The notes: generated by a model from the sequence alone, not told the origin. Positions 53,402 through 64,000 are shown, numbered from the stretch's first letter. The stretch: 64,000 nucleotides of DNA from Bacteroidales bacterium UBA6117 (GCA_002428385.1 DIWB01000027.1:3349-67348), one strand, 5' to 3'. Translations and numbers: made by a program.

Positions 53402-55858
53402 ATGAAAATTTCTTATAACTGGCTGAAAGAGTACCTCGGGATTGACATCGATCCCCACGAATTGTCTGATATCCTTACCGGTATTGGCCTCGAGATTGAA
53501 GGAGTTGAGGAGTGGGAATCTGTCAGGGGCGGACTGAAGGGTGTGGTTATAGGTGAAGTCGTCACCTGCATGAAACATCCCGATGCCGACAAGCTGTCAG
53601 TTACTACAGTTGACATAGGCCGGCCTGAGCATCTTCATATTGTTTGCGGAGCGCCCAATGTTGCTGCAGGACAGAAAGTTCCTGTTGCCGTTGCAGGAAC
53701 AACACTTTACCGGGGAGAGGAAACCATCGAGCTCAAAAAAACAAAGATCAGAGGCGAAGTGTCTGAAGGCATGATCTGCGCCGAGGATGAACTGGGACTG
53801 GGCGACAACCATGAAGGCATCATGGTTCTCGACAGCAATTCTGTTCCCGGCACGCCTGCAAGCGAGTATTTCAGGGTGGTGCGTGACACCATATTTGAGA
53901 TAGGTTTGACTCCCAACAGGATAGACAGCGGATCGCACTTTGGAGTAGCCCGCGACCTGGCGGCATACCTGAGCCTCAACAGCGGTTCAGGCTATACTGC
54001 CATCAGACCTTCGGTCGACAACTTCAGTTCCGACAGCAATACCTCAGGCTTTGAAGTGATTGTCGAAAACCCTGGAGCCTGCCCGCGATATACCGGAATC
54101 ACAATAAGCGATGTCACAATCGGGGAATCACCCGAATGGCTGAAAATAAGGCTCAGGTCAATAGGCCTCAACCCTATTAACAATGTGGTCGATATAACCA
54201 ATTTTGTACAGCACGAGATCGGGCAGCCCCTGCATGCTTTCGACGCCGATAAGGTAACAGGGAAGAAAGTCATCATCAAAAACCTACCCGACAAAACCAG
54301 GTTCATAACCCTCGACGGACTAGAAAGAAGCCTTTCTTCGCGCGACCTTATGATCTGCAATGAAGAAGAGGGAATGTGCATTGCAGGAGTCTTCGGGGGC
54401 ATCAAATCGGGAGTCACTTCAGTCACAAGGAACATTTTCCTGGAGAGCGCCCATTTCAATGCGGTTTCAATAAGAAAAACCTCCAAAAGGCATTCCCTTC
54501 AGACGGATGCCTCTTTCAGATTTGAAAGAGGAACCGATCCCAACATAACAGTCTGGGCTCTGAAACGGGCTGCCATCCTGATTAAGGAGCTCGCCGGTGG
54601 AAAGATAAGCTCCGGCATTATAGACGTTTACCCTGAAAAAATAAGGAATGTAACAACCGAAGTAAGTTTCGCGAACATCGACCGGCTCATCGGGAAAAAG
54701 ATAGGCAGGGAGACTATAAACCGCATCCTTGGACTGCTCGACTTTAAGATACTCAGGGAAGACAATGAAACTATGCTTCTTGAGGTCCCTGCGTACAGGG
54801 TAGATGTGAAGCTTGAAGCTGACGTGATCGAAGAGATACTGAGAATTTACGGATACAATAATGTGGAGATAAGTAACCATGTAAATTCCACCCTGACTTA
54901 CATTGAGAAACCCGACCTTGAAAAGGCGGTAAATACCGTTTCAGATCTCCTTTCGGCCAATGGCTATGCAGAGATAATGTGCAACTCCCTCAATCCGGCA
55001 GCCTGGTATGAAGGTAACAACGATTTCGACTCAAGCCAGCTTGTTACACTTGCAAATCCGCTGAGCTCCGATCTGAATGCACTGAGACAATCGCTCTTAT
55101 ATGGCGGACTGAATTCGGTTATCTGGAACATCAACCGCCAGCGCTACGATCTAAGGCTTTATGAATTCGGCAACTGCTATTTCAGAACCGGGCATGGCTC
55201 TCCCGTACCCTCTGTTGCTGATTACACCGAAAGAAAATCACTGGATATATTCATAACAGGAAAAACAGGGAAGGAAAGCTGGAATCACAAGACCAGTCCT
55301 ACGGATTTCTTCCACATAAAATCCGCTACCGAGATGATCTTCTCACGTCTCGGAATTGACACTATGCTGCTTGCGAACGGAAAGAGTCAGAAGAAATATT
55401 TTGCCGAATCGATAACCTATGTTCTCAACAACAAGGTACTGGCTGAGACGGGAAAACTGTCAAAAAGCATGCTTTCAAGGTTCGATATCGGGCAGGATGT
55501 GTTCTACAGCCACATTGAATGGGATCAGGTAACCAGGCTGATCGGCAGGAAAGCTATCGAATTCACTGAACTCCCGAAATATCCGTCTGTGAGGCGCGAC
55601 ATGGCAATGCTTCTCGACAGGGGGACCAGGTTTGGCCGGATCAGGGATATTGCTTTCAAGACCGAAAAGAATGTACTGCGCGATGTAAGCCTGTTCGACG
55701 TTTATGAAAGCGACAGCCTTGGAGCTGACAAGAAATCATATGCCGTCAGCTTCATTCTCAGGGATGATCTGAGGACCCTGACCGACAAGAATATCGACAG
55801 GGTGATGGAAAGCCTCCGGCGGGCATTTGAGAAAGAGCTTGATGCAAAGATAAGATGA
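53402..55858 (+). CDS. pheT: phenylalanine--tRNA ligase beta subunit
   Basis: MKISYNWLKEYL N-terminus. tRNA-binding, B3/4, B5 and FDX-ACB domain order. Length 818 aa. Confidence 0.95.
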   Translation: MKISYNWLKEYLGIDIDPHELSDILTGIGLEIEGVEEWESVRGGLKGVVIGEVVTCMKHPDADKLSVTTVDIGRPEHLHIVCGAPNVAAGQKVPVAVAGTTLYRGEETIELKKTKIRGEVSEGMICAEDELGLGDNHEGIMVLDSNSVPGTPASEYFRVVRDTIFEIGLTPNRIDSGSHFGVARDLAAYLSLNSGSGYTAIRPSVDNFSSDSNTSGFEVIVENPGACPRYTGITISDVTIGESPEWLKIRLRSIGLNPINNVVDITNFVQHEIGQPLHAFDADKVTGKKVIIKNLPDKTRFITLDGLERSLSSRDLMICNEEEGMCIAGVFGGIKSGVTSVTRNIFLESAHFNAVSIRKTSKRHSLQTDASFRFERGTDPNITVWALKRAAILIKELAGGKISSGIIDVYPEKIRNVTTEVSFANIDRLIGKKIGRETINRILGLLDFKILREDNETMLLEVPAYRVDVKLEADVIEEILRIYGYNNVEISNHVNSTLTYIEKPDLEKAVNTVSDLLSANGYAEIMCNSLNPAAWYEGNNDFDSSQLVTLANPLSSDLNALRQSLLYGGLNSVIWNINRQRYDLRLYEFGNCYFRTGHGSPVPSVADYTERKSLDIFITGKTGKESWNHKTSPTDFFHIKSATEMIFSRLGIDTMLLANGKSQKKYFAESITYVLNNKVLAETGKLSKSMLSRFDIGQDVFYSHIEWDQVTRLIGRKAIEFTELPKYPSVRRDMAMLLDRGTRFGRIRDIAFKTEKNVLRDVSLFDVYESDSLGADKKSYAVSFILRDDLRTLTDKNIDRVMESLRRAFEKELDAKIR

Positions 55859-55916
55859 GAGGCCTGAAGTTTCCCAATCTTAAAACCCCGGAATAATCTG
55901 AATTCACAATCCTGAA

Positions 55917-56792
55917 ATGGGAAGAATACTTAAGACAGCCGGCAATTACCTCTCTCTGGTCAAATTCATGCATACGGTTTTTGCCATGCCTTTCGCACTT
56001 ATAGGCTTCACCCTGGCTGTAACCACCACGACCAATGAATTCAGCTTAAGGCTACTTCTGCTGATAATACTGTGCATGGTTTTTGCAAGAAATGCTGCAA
56101 TGGGCTTCAACAGACTGGTTGACAGAAAGTTCGACTCACTGAACCCCAGAACAGATCAGAGGGAGATCCCTTCAGGCAAGATCGGGGTAAAATCGGCTGG
56201 TTTCTTTGTAGCCATAAATGCCATCCTTTTTGTTATATCGGCCGGACTTATAAACAAGCTCACTCTTTTCCTTTCACCCGTCGCCCTGGCAGTGATCCTG
56301 GGCTACAGCCTTACCAAAAGATTCACATTTCTGTGCCACTTCATCCTTGGTCTTGGACTGAGCCTCGCTCCCATAGGTGCATATATTTCCGTGACTGGTT
56401 CATTCCATTACCTCCCTATTCTGTATTCCCTGATTGTAATTACATGGGTAAGCGGATTTGACATCATCTATGCCCTTCAGGACGCGGAATTTGACAAAGA
56501 ACACAACCTTCATTCAATACCTTCACTGACAGGAAGGAAAAAGGCCCTCGCAATTTCAGGCTTTGTACATTTTTTAACTTTCATCCTTGTGGTTGCAGCC
56601 GGGACAGCAGGCAACGGGAAAGTACTTTACCTGACCGGAGCCATCGTTTTCACAGGACTGCTTTTATGGCAGCATATCCTTGTGAAACCAAACGACCTTA
56701 GCAGGGTGACGCTGGCATTTCAGACCACAAACGGTATTGCAAGTGTGATATATGCACTTTTCGTGATACTCGACCTTGTAATTTTTGCCTGA
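55917..56792 (+). CDS. UbiA-family polyprenyltransferase
   Basis: About 8-9 TM segments. NAAMGFNRLVDRKFD and YALQDAEFD are the two Asp-rich UbiA motifs. Confidence 0.85.
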   Translation: MGRILKTAGNYLSLVKFMHTVFAMPFALIGFTLAVTTTTNEFSLRLLLLIILCMVFARNAAMGFNRLVDRKFDSLNPRTDQREIPSGKIGVKSAGFFVAINAILFVISAGLINKLTLFLSPVALAVILGYSLTKRFTFLCHFILGLGLSLAPIGAYISVTGSFHYLPILYSLIVITWVSGFDIIYALQDAEFDKEHNLHSIPSLTGRKKALAISGFVHFLTFILVVAAGTAGNGKVLYLTGAIVFTGLLLWQHILVKPNDLSRVTLAFQTTNGIASVIYALFVILDLVIFA

Positions 56793-56848
56793 TTTGGGAT
56801 AGCCTGTCAGTTTTTTTTGTTTATTGGCGCTTGAAATACCGTAACCTG

Positions 56849-57976
56849 ATGTCCGAAATAATTATTAAAGAAGTCCAGTCCCGCGGGGAGCTCCGGGAAT
56901 TCATCTACCTTCCGGCAAAGGTTCACAAGGGGGAACCCGGGTGGCTGCCACCGCTCTATCCGGACGAATGGCACCTGTTCGACAAGAAAAAGAACAGGTC
57001 GTACAACTATGCCGATGCTGCCTTCTTTATTGCCTGGAAGGACAAGAAACCTGTTGGAAGGATAATGACTATTATAAACAACAGGTATAACAAAATAAAA
57101 AACGAAAAGCACGGCAGGTTCAGCTTCATGGAGTGCTATAACGACCGGGAGATATTCCATGCCCTCATTTCAAAGGCTGAGGAGTGGGTCAGGGACAGGG
57201 GTATGGTGAAGATTGTTGGTCCGATGGGATTCTCGGACAAGGATCCCCAGGGATTCCAGATCGAGGGATTCGAGTATCCTTACCTCTTCACTGCTCCGAC
57301 CAACTCACCTTACATGCCGGTTCTGCTTGAAGAAGAAGGATATACCAAGGAGATTGATCTGGTGAATTACAATCTTCCGATCCCTGATTCGTATCCTCCT
57401 GTATATTTAAAGGCCCTGGAAAGATACTCACGAAACGGAGAGATATCTATTGTCGAATTTAAATCAAAGAAAGAGATAAAACCTGTAATCATACCTGTTC
57501 TGGAACTCATGAACCAGACCTTCATCTCAATTTACGGGTATGTTCCGCTTAATGATGCCGAGAAAGAGGAATTGGCCGGAAGATATCTGCCTATTTTGGA
57601 TCCGGAATTCGTAAAAATTGCCAGGGTGAAAGACGAATTTGTCGGTTTCGTGGTGGCGCTTCCCGACATGACTCCCGGAATAATTGCCGCCAGGGGAAAA
57701 CTCTTTCCGTTCGGAATATTGAAGATACTGAAAGAAATGAAGAAGTCGACCAAGCTGATGCTGATGCTCGGAGGGGTAAAGGAAGAATACAGGGGAAAGG
57801 GAATAGATGTAATGCTGGGCGTAAAGCTCCTTGAATCAGCCAAAAAGCGTCACAAGACAATCCTCGACAGTCACCTTATAATGGAACAGAATGCCAGAAT
57901 GAGAGCTGAATGCGACCGGATGAACGGGAAGATAGTAAAGCGCTTCAGAATTTTCCAGAAGAGTCTTGTTGACTAA
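56849..57976 (+). CDS. conserved Bacteroidota protein, GNAT-like acyltransferase fold (tentative)
   Basis: Trimmed to the ATG at 56849 (MSEIIIKEV...). The LPAKVHKGEPGWLPPL...FIAWKDKKPVGRI pattern matches a family usually annotated as GNAT N-acetyltransferase. Confidence 0.55.
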   Translation: MSEIIIKEVQSRGELREFIYLPAKVHKGEPGWLPPLYPDEWHLFDKKKNRSYNYADAAFFIAWKDKKPVGRIMTIINNRYNKIKNEKHGRFSFMECYNDREIFHALISKAEEWVRDRGMVKIVGPMGFSDKDPQGFQIEGFEYPYLFTAPTNSPYMPVLLEEEGYTKEIDLVNYNLPIPDSYPPVYLKALERYSRNGEISIVEFKSKKEIKPVIIPVLELMNQTFISIYGYVPLNDAEKEELAGRYLPILDPEFVKIARVKDEFVGFVVALPDMTPGIIAARGKLFPFGILKILKEMKKSTKLMLMLGGVKEEYRGKGIDVMLGVKLLESAKKRHKTILDSHLIMEQNARMRAECDRMNGKIVKRFRIFQKSLVD

Positions 57977-58035
57977 CAAGCATACAATCGGCAAAAATCA
58001 CAAACTTCTTTACATCATTCATATATTATCAGGTT

Positions 58036-59688
58036 TCAGAACCTGAATATGAATGACAGCCCGAGCAGCTCCTTGAACTGTACCCTTGCGGTCTTTCTCT
58101 GCTTTCCGTCATCACCCATTACAGGGTTTTTATCCTTGTCAAAGAGAAGTGTCTTTGTATCATCATCGAAAATCAGGTGGGTATTGAGCCTTACATCGGT
58201 GAACCAGTTGAGATTGGCCTGAATGATCATTTCCCAGTCAACGTCAATATTCAGCGGATTATTCACATAGTTGGTAAACAACTGCAGCCTGTTGGTTACA
58301 ACCATGTTTTTCATCGGACGCATCTCATTCATTATCATAAAACTGGCTCCCGGTTCGTGCTTCGACCTCCGGTCCGCCGCAATTCCGTATTTAGTCTGCT
58401 CAATATTTGCAGTGTCCGGCACGAATGTACCCTTGTACGAAAGCGGCGACAGGTTTATAGATGTCTTCTTGTTTGGCTTGTAATCAAGTCCGAATCCAAG
58501 TGTCAGGACAGCAGGGTTAAGTAATTTTGAAACAGGAATTGTATCCGGGTAATTGTAGCCTTTCGAGACCTGAGTTTTAAACAGCATAATTGCGCTGAAA
58601 TCGAACTTACCGAAAGCCTTGTGATTGAGCTTTGAATTTGTCTCCAGCAGGTCGAGATTCTTTCTGATGTCCTCGCTTCCCGACTTTATAAGTCCGTACT
58701 TCAACCGCGCAAAATTTGCTGAGGAAAGAAGCTTGCTCCTGTTGTTGTAATCGGCGAACCATGTCAGGTCGAGAGCTGTGGAGATGTTGTTTTCTCCGCC
58801 CTTGACCCAGTTGGATACCATTCCCTGGTTAAGCGAGAAGGACGCTTCAGTCCTGTATCTCCAGTACTGCGATTTCGTAAGAATCCTGTTTATATCGATA
58901 AGTGTTGTGTTGTCCCTGGGTTCAATGTCAATCCTTGCTTCGGAAACATTCCCCTGGCGTGTGGGCCTCCTTATGGAAACCCCATGCTCGAGATAAAGTC
59001 CGATTGTGTTTCTTGAGGGATTGCCTATCCAGACGGTCACCGAATCGTCAAGATCATTTTTAAGCCAGAACCTTATCATACGGTCCGACCCGGAGTTCAG
59101 CCAGAGTGGATACTCCCCCACTCCCGGTCCGGTAAATGTGATAATACTTGAATCGCGTGCTTCCAGGTAATCAAGCAGAACATTGACTGCAGCCCTGATT
59201 GAATCGTTCCTGAATTTATAACCTGAAAACGCGAGCGAATCTGCAATAACCGGAATCTGTATCGAATCAATTCTCTGCATTGTATCAACCGGCAATGCGT
59301 AGGTTATCCTTTTTACAGATGGCAGGGTGTCACCTGCTATCCTGAGCGAATCGAAAGGATATCCCGTCAGATAATGCCTTGTTGAATCAAAGGGAGGAGA
59401 GGATGAGGCAAGCAGCAGCCGTCCGATAGCCCCATAAAGGGGATCGGCCGGCTGACGCACCGGCCGGAACCTGAATTTTTTCTGAAGCAGTCTCACGGCC
59501 TCGTCCTGTGACAGAACAATACCCTGAGGGAGCACAGTGTCGCGCTGAAAAGCAGGAGAAGCTTTTATTGTATCTGTCACTGCCACTGCAGAATCAACCA
59601 TGTTTGTCACTTCCTGAGAGATTCCGGGAGTCAGGTAAAAAAATACAAATAGTATCAAAGGGAGGAGATATCTTCCTTTCATAAGCAT
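58036..59688 (-). CDS. DUF3078-type outer-membrane protein
   Basis: Trimmed to MLMKGRYLLPLILFVFF (signal). The LNQGMVSNWVKGGENN motif is the DUF3078 hallmark. The C-terminal F is a beta-barrel end. Confidence 0.65.
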   Translation of the reverse strand: MLMKGRYLLPLILFVFFYLTPGISQEVTNMVDSAVAVTDTIKASPAFQRDTVLPQGIVLSQDEAVRLLQKKFRFRPVRQPADPLYGAIGRLLLASSSPPFDSTRHYLTGYPFDSLRIAGDTLPSVKRITYALPVDTMQRIDSIQIPVIADSLAFSGYKFRNDSIRAAVNVLLDYLEARDSSIITFTGPGVGEYPLWLNSGSDRMIRFWLKNDLDDSVTVWIGNPSRNTIGLYLEHGVSIRRPTRQGNVSEARIDIEPRDNTTLIDINRILTKSQYWRYRTEASFSLNQGMVSNWVKGGENNISTALDLTWFADYNNRSKLLSSANFARLKYGLIKSGSEDIRKNLDLLETNSKLNHKAFGKFDFSAIMLFKTQVSKGYNYPDTIPVSKLLNPAVLTLGFGLDYKPNKKTSINLSPLSYKGTFVPDTANIEQTKYGIAADRRSKHEPGASFMIMNEMRPMKNMVVTNRLQLFTNYVNNPLNIDVDWEMIIQANLNWFTDVRLNTHLIFDDDTKTLLFDKDKNPVMGDDGKQRKTARVQFKELLGLSFIFRF

Positions 59689-59755
59689 CGGTTTTGATAC
59701 AAGATTTACCTGTTCAAGGTATAAATATAACGTCACATAAGACGTTTAATTTGTG

Positions 59756-59763
59756 CAAAGATA
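59756..59763 (-). promoter_or_regulatory. candidate -7 box (TATCTTTG) for the DUF3078 gene
   Basis: Exact TAnnTTTG match on the minus strand. The surrounding GTGCAAAGATA is identical to the surE box context at 53200-53210. Confidence 0.3.
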
Positions 59764-59915
59764 ACAAAATCAATCCGGAAGATGCTGAAATATCCCTGTT
59801 GATCAGAGTTATAATACTGATTATCTTGCTATTAAAAGTCAATTTTTAATATTTTTTTAACATTTTTTATAAAAACAACCAGAATTCGTACCTTTCAGCG
59901 CTAACCTGAACTTAT

Positions 59916-60791
59916 ATGATCAAATCCATGACAGGCTACGGGAAATCCATAGCCGAAACACCTCAGAAAAAGATCACTGTTGAGATCAAATCGCTGAATT
60001 CCAAGCAACTGGACCTGAACACAAAGGTACCCTGGCTCTATAAAGAAAAGGAGCTGGAGATAAGAAATATTATCAGCCAACTCCTGGAAAGGGGCAAAAT
60101 CGATTTCTCCATTTATTTTGATATTCTCGAAGATGAGGGGATCCCGGTAATAAACAAGACCATTGTGAAAAGCTATTTCAGACAGCTCAGGGAACTGGCC
60201 TCCGAGATTGAAATCAACATCGACGATCAGATAATGCCCATAATTATGAGGCTCCCTGATTCTCTCAAAACCGAAAAGCTGGAGGTGCCGGAAGATGAGT
60301 GGAAAACGGTAAAGGAACGTATCATGGAATCAGTAAACGTCCTCGACCTTTACCGCGCCGAAGAAGGAAAATCAATTGAGGCCGACCTCAGAAAGAGGGT
60401 ATCCGGGATTCTTGAATCACTTGCAGAAGTGGAGAAATTTGAACCCGGCAGGATTGACAAGGTCAGGGAAAGGCTTTGGGCAATTCTCAGCGATAATAAC
60501 GGGACAGAAAACATTGACAAAAACAGGTTCGAACAGGAGCTGATTTTCTACCTGGAGAAATTTGACATCAACGAGGAGAAGGTAAGGCTGAAAAAGCATT
60601 GCGAGTATTTCCTGGAGACAATAGACACGCCTTCCCCGAACGGGAAAGTGCTTAGCTTCATAACACAGGAGATAGGAAGGGAAATTAACACCCTGGGATC
60701 TAAAGCCAACGATGCTTCGATTCAGAAGCTCGTGGTAAGGATGAAGGATGAGCTTGAAAAGATCAAGGAACAAGCAAACAATATACTGTAA
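59916..60791 (+). CDS. yicC: YicC-family stress-induced protein
   Basis: MIKSMTGYGKS N-terminus and C-terminal EIGREINTLGSKAND motif. Confidence 0.85.
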   Translation: MIKSMTGYGKSIAETPQKKITVEIKSLNSKQLDLNTKVPWLYKEKELEIRNIISQLLERGKIDFSIYFDILEDEGIPVINKTIVKSYFRQLRELASEIEINIDDQIMPIIMRLPDSLKTEKLEVPEDEWKTVKERIMESVNVLDLYRAEEGKSIEADLRKRVSGILESLAEVEKFEPGRIDKVRERLWAILSDNNGTENIDKNRFEQELIFYLEKFDINEEKVRLKKHCEYFLETIDTPSPNGKVLSFITQEIGREINTLGSKANDASIQKLVVRMKDELEKIKEQANNIL

Positions 60792-60812
60792 GATCCCAAC
60801 CTTAAAGATGAG

Positions 60813-61397
60813 ATGAAAGGCAGGCTAGTTATAATATCGGCCCCTTCCGGAGCAGGAAAGACCACCATTGTGAACCATCTTCTTGAAAAAGGACTGGATC
60901 TGGAGTTTTCGATTTCAGCCACCACCAGGCCGCCGAGGGGAAATGAAAAAAACGGAAGGGAATACTGGTTCATCTCTGCGGACGAGTTCACGGAAAGGGT
61001 AAATAATGATGAATTTGCCGAATGGGAAGAGGTCTATAAAGGTTATCGTTACGGAACGCTTAAGAGTGAGATTGAAAGGATCAGGAACAATGGCATGAAC
61101 GTTATCTTTGACGTCGACGTAAAGGGTGGCATCAATCTGAAAAACCTTTACGGCGCCGAAGCGATCTCAATCTTTATAATGCCCCCGTCGGTTCGGGAAC
61201 TGGAAAAAAGACTTCTTGGAAGGGCAACCGACGACAGGGAAAGGATAAAAACCAGGATTGAAAAGGCAAAGAAGGAGATTATGCTGTCGGACAGGTTCGA
61301 CAACATTGTGGTCAACGACAATCTTTCCCGGGCAAAACAGGAGGTATACATGATGGTGAAGAGCTTCCTCGACAATCAGCATAAGCTGCATCATTAA
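60813..61397 (+). CDS. gmk: guanylate kinase
   Basis: P-loop SAPSGAGKTT, plus TTRPPRGNE..G.EYWF. Confidence 0.95.
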   Translation: MKGRLVIISAPSGAGKTTIVNHLLEKGLDLEFSISATTRPPRGNEKNGREYWFISADEFTERVNNDEFAEWEEVYKGYRYGTLKSEIERIRNNGMNVIFDVDVKGGINLKNLYGAEAISIFIMPPSVRELEKRLLGRATDDRERIKTRIEKAKKEIMLSDRFDNIVVNDNLSRAKQEVYMMVKSFLDNQHKLHH

Positions 61398-61444
61398 CCG
61401 CCATTCATAAAATCTATCGGAAAAATCTGCAAATATTTATCCCT

Positions 61445-62038
61445 ATGTCAAAAATAGGCTTGTTTTTCGGATCGTTCAATCCGGTTCACATCGGACACTT
61501 TGCAATTGCAGGATATATGAAGGAATTCACCGACCTCGACGAACTCTGGTTTGTGGTAAGCCCGCAGAATCCTCTTAAGAAGAAATCAACTCTGCTCTCC
61601 GATCGCGACAGGCTCTATCTTGTCGATCTGGCAATCGGTGAAAATCCTGACCTGAAATCGTCCGACATTGAGTTTAACCGCCCTTCACCATCTTATACAA
61701 TAGATACCATGGCCCTCCTTACCGACAGGTATCCCCATCACAGGTTCGTACTTATAATGGGCGAGGACAACCTTTACACCCTGAATAAATGGAAAAACGC
61801 TGAAGAACTGGTGAAGAGATTCCCTGTATACGTTTATCCCCGGCCCGGAACAGTGAAAAAGGAAAATGAACAACTTGAGGAGATTCTCAGCAAGGCAAGG
61901 GTGAAATGGGTTAACGCCCCGCTGATGGATATCTCCGGCACATTTATAAGAAATGGGGTAAAAAAAGGAAAAAACATGTCTTACTATCTCAATCCGGCTG
62001 TCTGGAAATACATCACAGAGATGCATTTCTACGAATGA
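61445..62038 (+). CDS. nadD: nicotinate-nucleotide adenylyltransferase
   Basis: GSFNPVHIGH (the (H/T)IGH motif) and ISGTFIR (ISSTxxR-like). Confidence 0.9.
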   Translation: MSKIGLFFGSFNPVHIGHFAIAGYMKEFTDLDELWFVVSPQNPLKKKSTLLSDRDRLYLVDLAIGENPDLKSSDIEFNRPSPSYTIDTMALLTDRYPHHRFVLIMGEDNLYTLNKWKNAEELVKRFPVYVYPRPGTVKKENEQLEEILSKARVKWVNAPLMDISGTFIRNGVKKGKNMSYYLNPAVWKYITEMHFYE

Positions 62039-62043
62039 TATAG

Positions 62044-62595
62044 TTATACCTTGTGTATTTCCCTGATAATTTCTCCTCCCCTTCTGAGTGATATCTCGTT
62101 CTCCGGGATCATCTTATGATATCTCTCGGGAAGTGATTTCTTCAGTCCCGCTATCACATTCTCCATCGAAATTACCGGTTTGATTTTCAGAAATCCTCCG
62201 AGTACAATCATATTGGATGTTTTCGAGCTCTGCAATTTTGCAGCCTCTTCGGTAGCATCAATCCTGAAAATTGATATGTCTTTCCTTTCCGGATGGCGGA
62301 CAATGCCATTTGAATCATAAATAAGCAGACCTCCGGGTTTGACTGACTGTTCGAATTTATCGAGCGACTGCTGGTTAAGGATTATTGCCGTATCAAAATG
62401 CCTTATTATCGGTGAGCTTATCCGTTCGCTGCTGAGTATCACGATAACGTTCGCGGTGCCTCCCCTCATCTCGGGACCGTACGAAGGCATCCAGCTAACC
62501 TCCATGTCCTGCATCATACCTGAATAGGCCATAATCTTGCCCATTGAGAGGACTCCCTGTCCTCCGAATCCGGCTATTAAAATCTCTTCTGTCAT
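62044..62595 (-). CDS. 2-oxoacid:ferredoxin oxidoreductase, gamma subunit
   Basis: IAGFGGQGVLSMGKI N-terminus typical of the POR/KOR gamma domain. Confidence 0.85.
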   Translation of the reverse strand: MTEEILIAGFGGQGVLSMGKIMAYSGMMQDMEVSWMPSYGPEMRGGTANVIVILSSERISSPIIRHFDTAIILNQQSLDKFEQSVKPGGLLIYDSNGIVRHPERKDISIFRIDATEEAAKLQSSKTSNMIVLGGFLKIKPVISMENVIAGLKKSLPERYHKMIPENEISLRRGGEIIREIHKV

Positions 62596-62596
62596 T

Positions 62597-63403
62597 TTAT
62601 TCGGTTTTAGGTTGATCGCCCTGCTTTTCTTCAGGCACTTTAAGGTCGCCCAGCGGATAATAAGGAAACATATTCTCTTCCATCCACTTGTTTGCCTGAA
62701 CTGGAGTCATCTTCCAGCCCGAAGGACAGTTGGAAACGATCTCAATAAAGCAGGTACCCCTGTTCAGCTTCTGGTATTGAAATGCCTTCCGGATAGCTTT
62801 TTTGGTCCTTCTGACATTGACCGGGCTGTGCACGCTCTGGCGGGTGACATAACAGGTTCCCGGCAAAGTAGCCACTATATCGGTTATTTTCAATGGATTG
62901 CCCATGGTACTGACATCCCTTCCATAGGGTGATGTCGATGATTTCATTCCGGGCAGTGTGGTAGGAGCCATCTGTCCTCCGGTCATCCCGTATATCCCGT
63001 TGTTTATGAAAATAATGAGGATGTTTTCCCCCCTGTTGCAGCTGTGGATGGTCTCGGCAGTTCCTATTGCCGCGAGGTCGCCGTCGCCCTGGTAGGTAAA
63101 TACATATTTATCGGGAAGCAGCCGCTTTATTGCTGTTGCCAGTGCCGGTGCCCTGCCATGGGCTGCCTCCTGCCAGTCGATATCGATATAGTTGTAGATA
63201 AACACAGAGCATCCCACGGGGGAAATCCCGATAACATCATGAACGATACCTTCCTCCTCAATGACCTCTGCAAGTATCCTGTGGGTCGTACTGTGACCGC
63301 AGCCAGGACAATAGTGCATTATATCATCGGTCAGCAGTGATGATTTCCTGTAAACCAGATTCTCGGGTTTTATATATTCTTTTGTTCCTGTTACTTCTTT
63401 CAT
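62597..63403 (-). CDS. 2-oxoacid:ferredoxin oxidoreductase, beta (TPP-binding) subunit
   Basis: CPGCGH motif and GDGD...NNGIYGMTGGQ TPP-binding motif. Confidence 0.9.
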   Translation of the reverse strand: MKEVTGTKEYIKPENLVYRKSSLLTDDIMHYCPGCGHSTTHRILAEVIEEEGIVHDVIGISPVGCSVFIYNYIDIDWQEAAHGRAPALATAIKRLLPDKYVFTYQGDGDLAAIGTAETIHSCNRGENILIIFINNGIYGMTGGQMAPTTLPGMKSSTSPYGRDVSTMGNPLKITDIVATLPGTCYVTRQSVHSPVNVRRTKKAIRKAFQYQKLNRGTCFIEIVSNCPSGWKMTPVQANKWMEENMFPYYPLGDLKVPEEKQGDQPKTE

Positions 63404-63406
63404 AAA

Positions 63407-64000
63407 TCAGCCTCCTATTATCCTTTCTTTTAGGTTTTCAACAACTTCATCTGGTGTCGGAACAATTCCTCCCATTCTGCCATAATGGTAGACGGGGACT
63501 TTCCCGTTCACCGCGAGCATGACATCCTCAACCATTTGTCCGGCGCTCATCTCTACCGCCAATGCCATTTTAATCCTATCTGATAGTTCGAGTATCCGTT
63601 TCGACGGGAAAGGGAAAAGGGTGATTGGCCTCAGCAATCCTGCCTTAATACCCTGCTCACGGGCCAGCTGAACAGCTTTCTGGCAAACCCTGGCGCTTGT
63701 TCCGTAGGCAACCAGAAGATATTCTGCATCCTCGCACTGATATTCTTCAAGACGGACCTCTTTTTCTCTGATCTCATTATATTTTGCCACCAGTTTCTGG
63801 TTAAAGGCCTCCTGCCTGTCAGGATCAAGTTCCAATGATGTTATGATATTCCTTTTCCTGTTCTCAGGCTTTCCTGTAGTAGCCCATTCGGGAACTTTCT
63901 TTGACCTCTCCTTTTGAGGGCTCAGCCAAACTTTTTCCATCATCTGACCGATAGCGCCGTCAGAAAGTATCATTGCAGGATTCCTGTATTTGAACGCAAG
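63407..64000 (-). CDS. 2-oxoacid:ferredoxin oxidoreductase, alpha subunit (C-terminal part; gene continues past the window end)
   Basis: The frame is open to the window edge. It has a C-terminal transketolase-C-like domain, lies 3 nt from the beta subunit, and has the usual alpha-beta-gamma order. Confidence 0.8.
   Translation of the reverse strand, partial: LAFKYRNPAMILSDGAIGQMMEKVWLSPQKERSKKVPEWATTGKPENRKRNIITSLELDPDRQEAFNQKLVAKYNEIREKEVRLEEYQCEDAEYLLVAYGTSARVCQKAVQLAREQGIKAGLLRPITLFPFPSKRILELSDRIKMALAVEMSAGQMVEDVMLAVNGKVPVYHYGRMGGIVPTPDEVVENLKERIIGG

Overview
This 64-kb window looks like an ordinary chromosomal segment of a Bacteroidota genome. The supporting evidence is gldF/gldG, DUF3078- and DUF5916-type outer-membrane proteins, Tat-exported oxidoreductases, many lipoprotein signals and TAnnTTTG -7 boxes. 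It is densely coded with about 55 genes. Housekeeping genes include dnaN, pheT, lpxB, surE, gmk, nadD, tatA, a PBP1A and a 2-oxoacid:ferredoxin oxidoreductase. They are mixed with exported glycan and peptide degradation functions: two GH2 enzymes, an AGE-family epimerase, nagA/nagB plus an SSS transporter, M1 and M49-like peptidases, an S8 subtilase, an amidase, TldD/PmbA and a TonB-dependent receptor. I found no rRNA, tRNA, CRISPR array, intact mobile element or recognisable defence system. The unexplained signals are mostly non-coding. They are a field of perfect GC-rich hairpins built from reused modules (0.6-1.4 kb), a 26-nt perfect inverted repeat 33 kb apart that overlaps the tatA stop codon, two double arrays of heptanucleotide repeats in divergent promoter regions, and a 45-bp tandem duplication beside decayed IS and gene fragments. 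Coding oddities are a signal-less subtilase paired with a 4-TM protein, a lipoprotein gene overlapping (ATGA) the start of a radical-SAM gene at the window edge, a GldF-GldG fusion, an orphan HlyD adaptor and about five truncated gene stumps. All family assignments rest on motifs read by eye; no searches were run.
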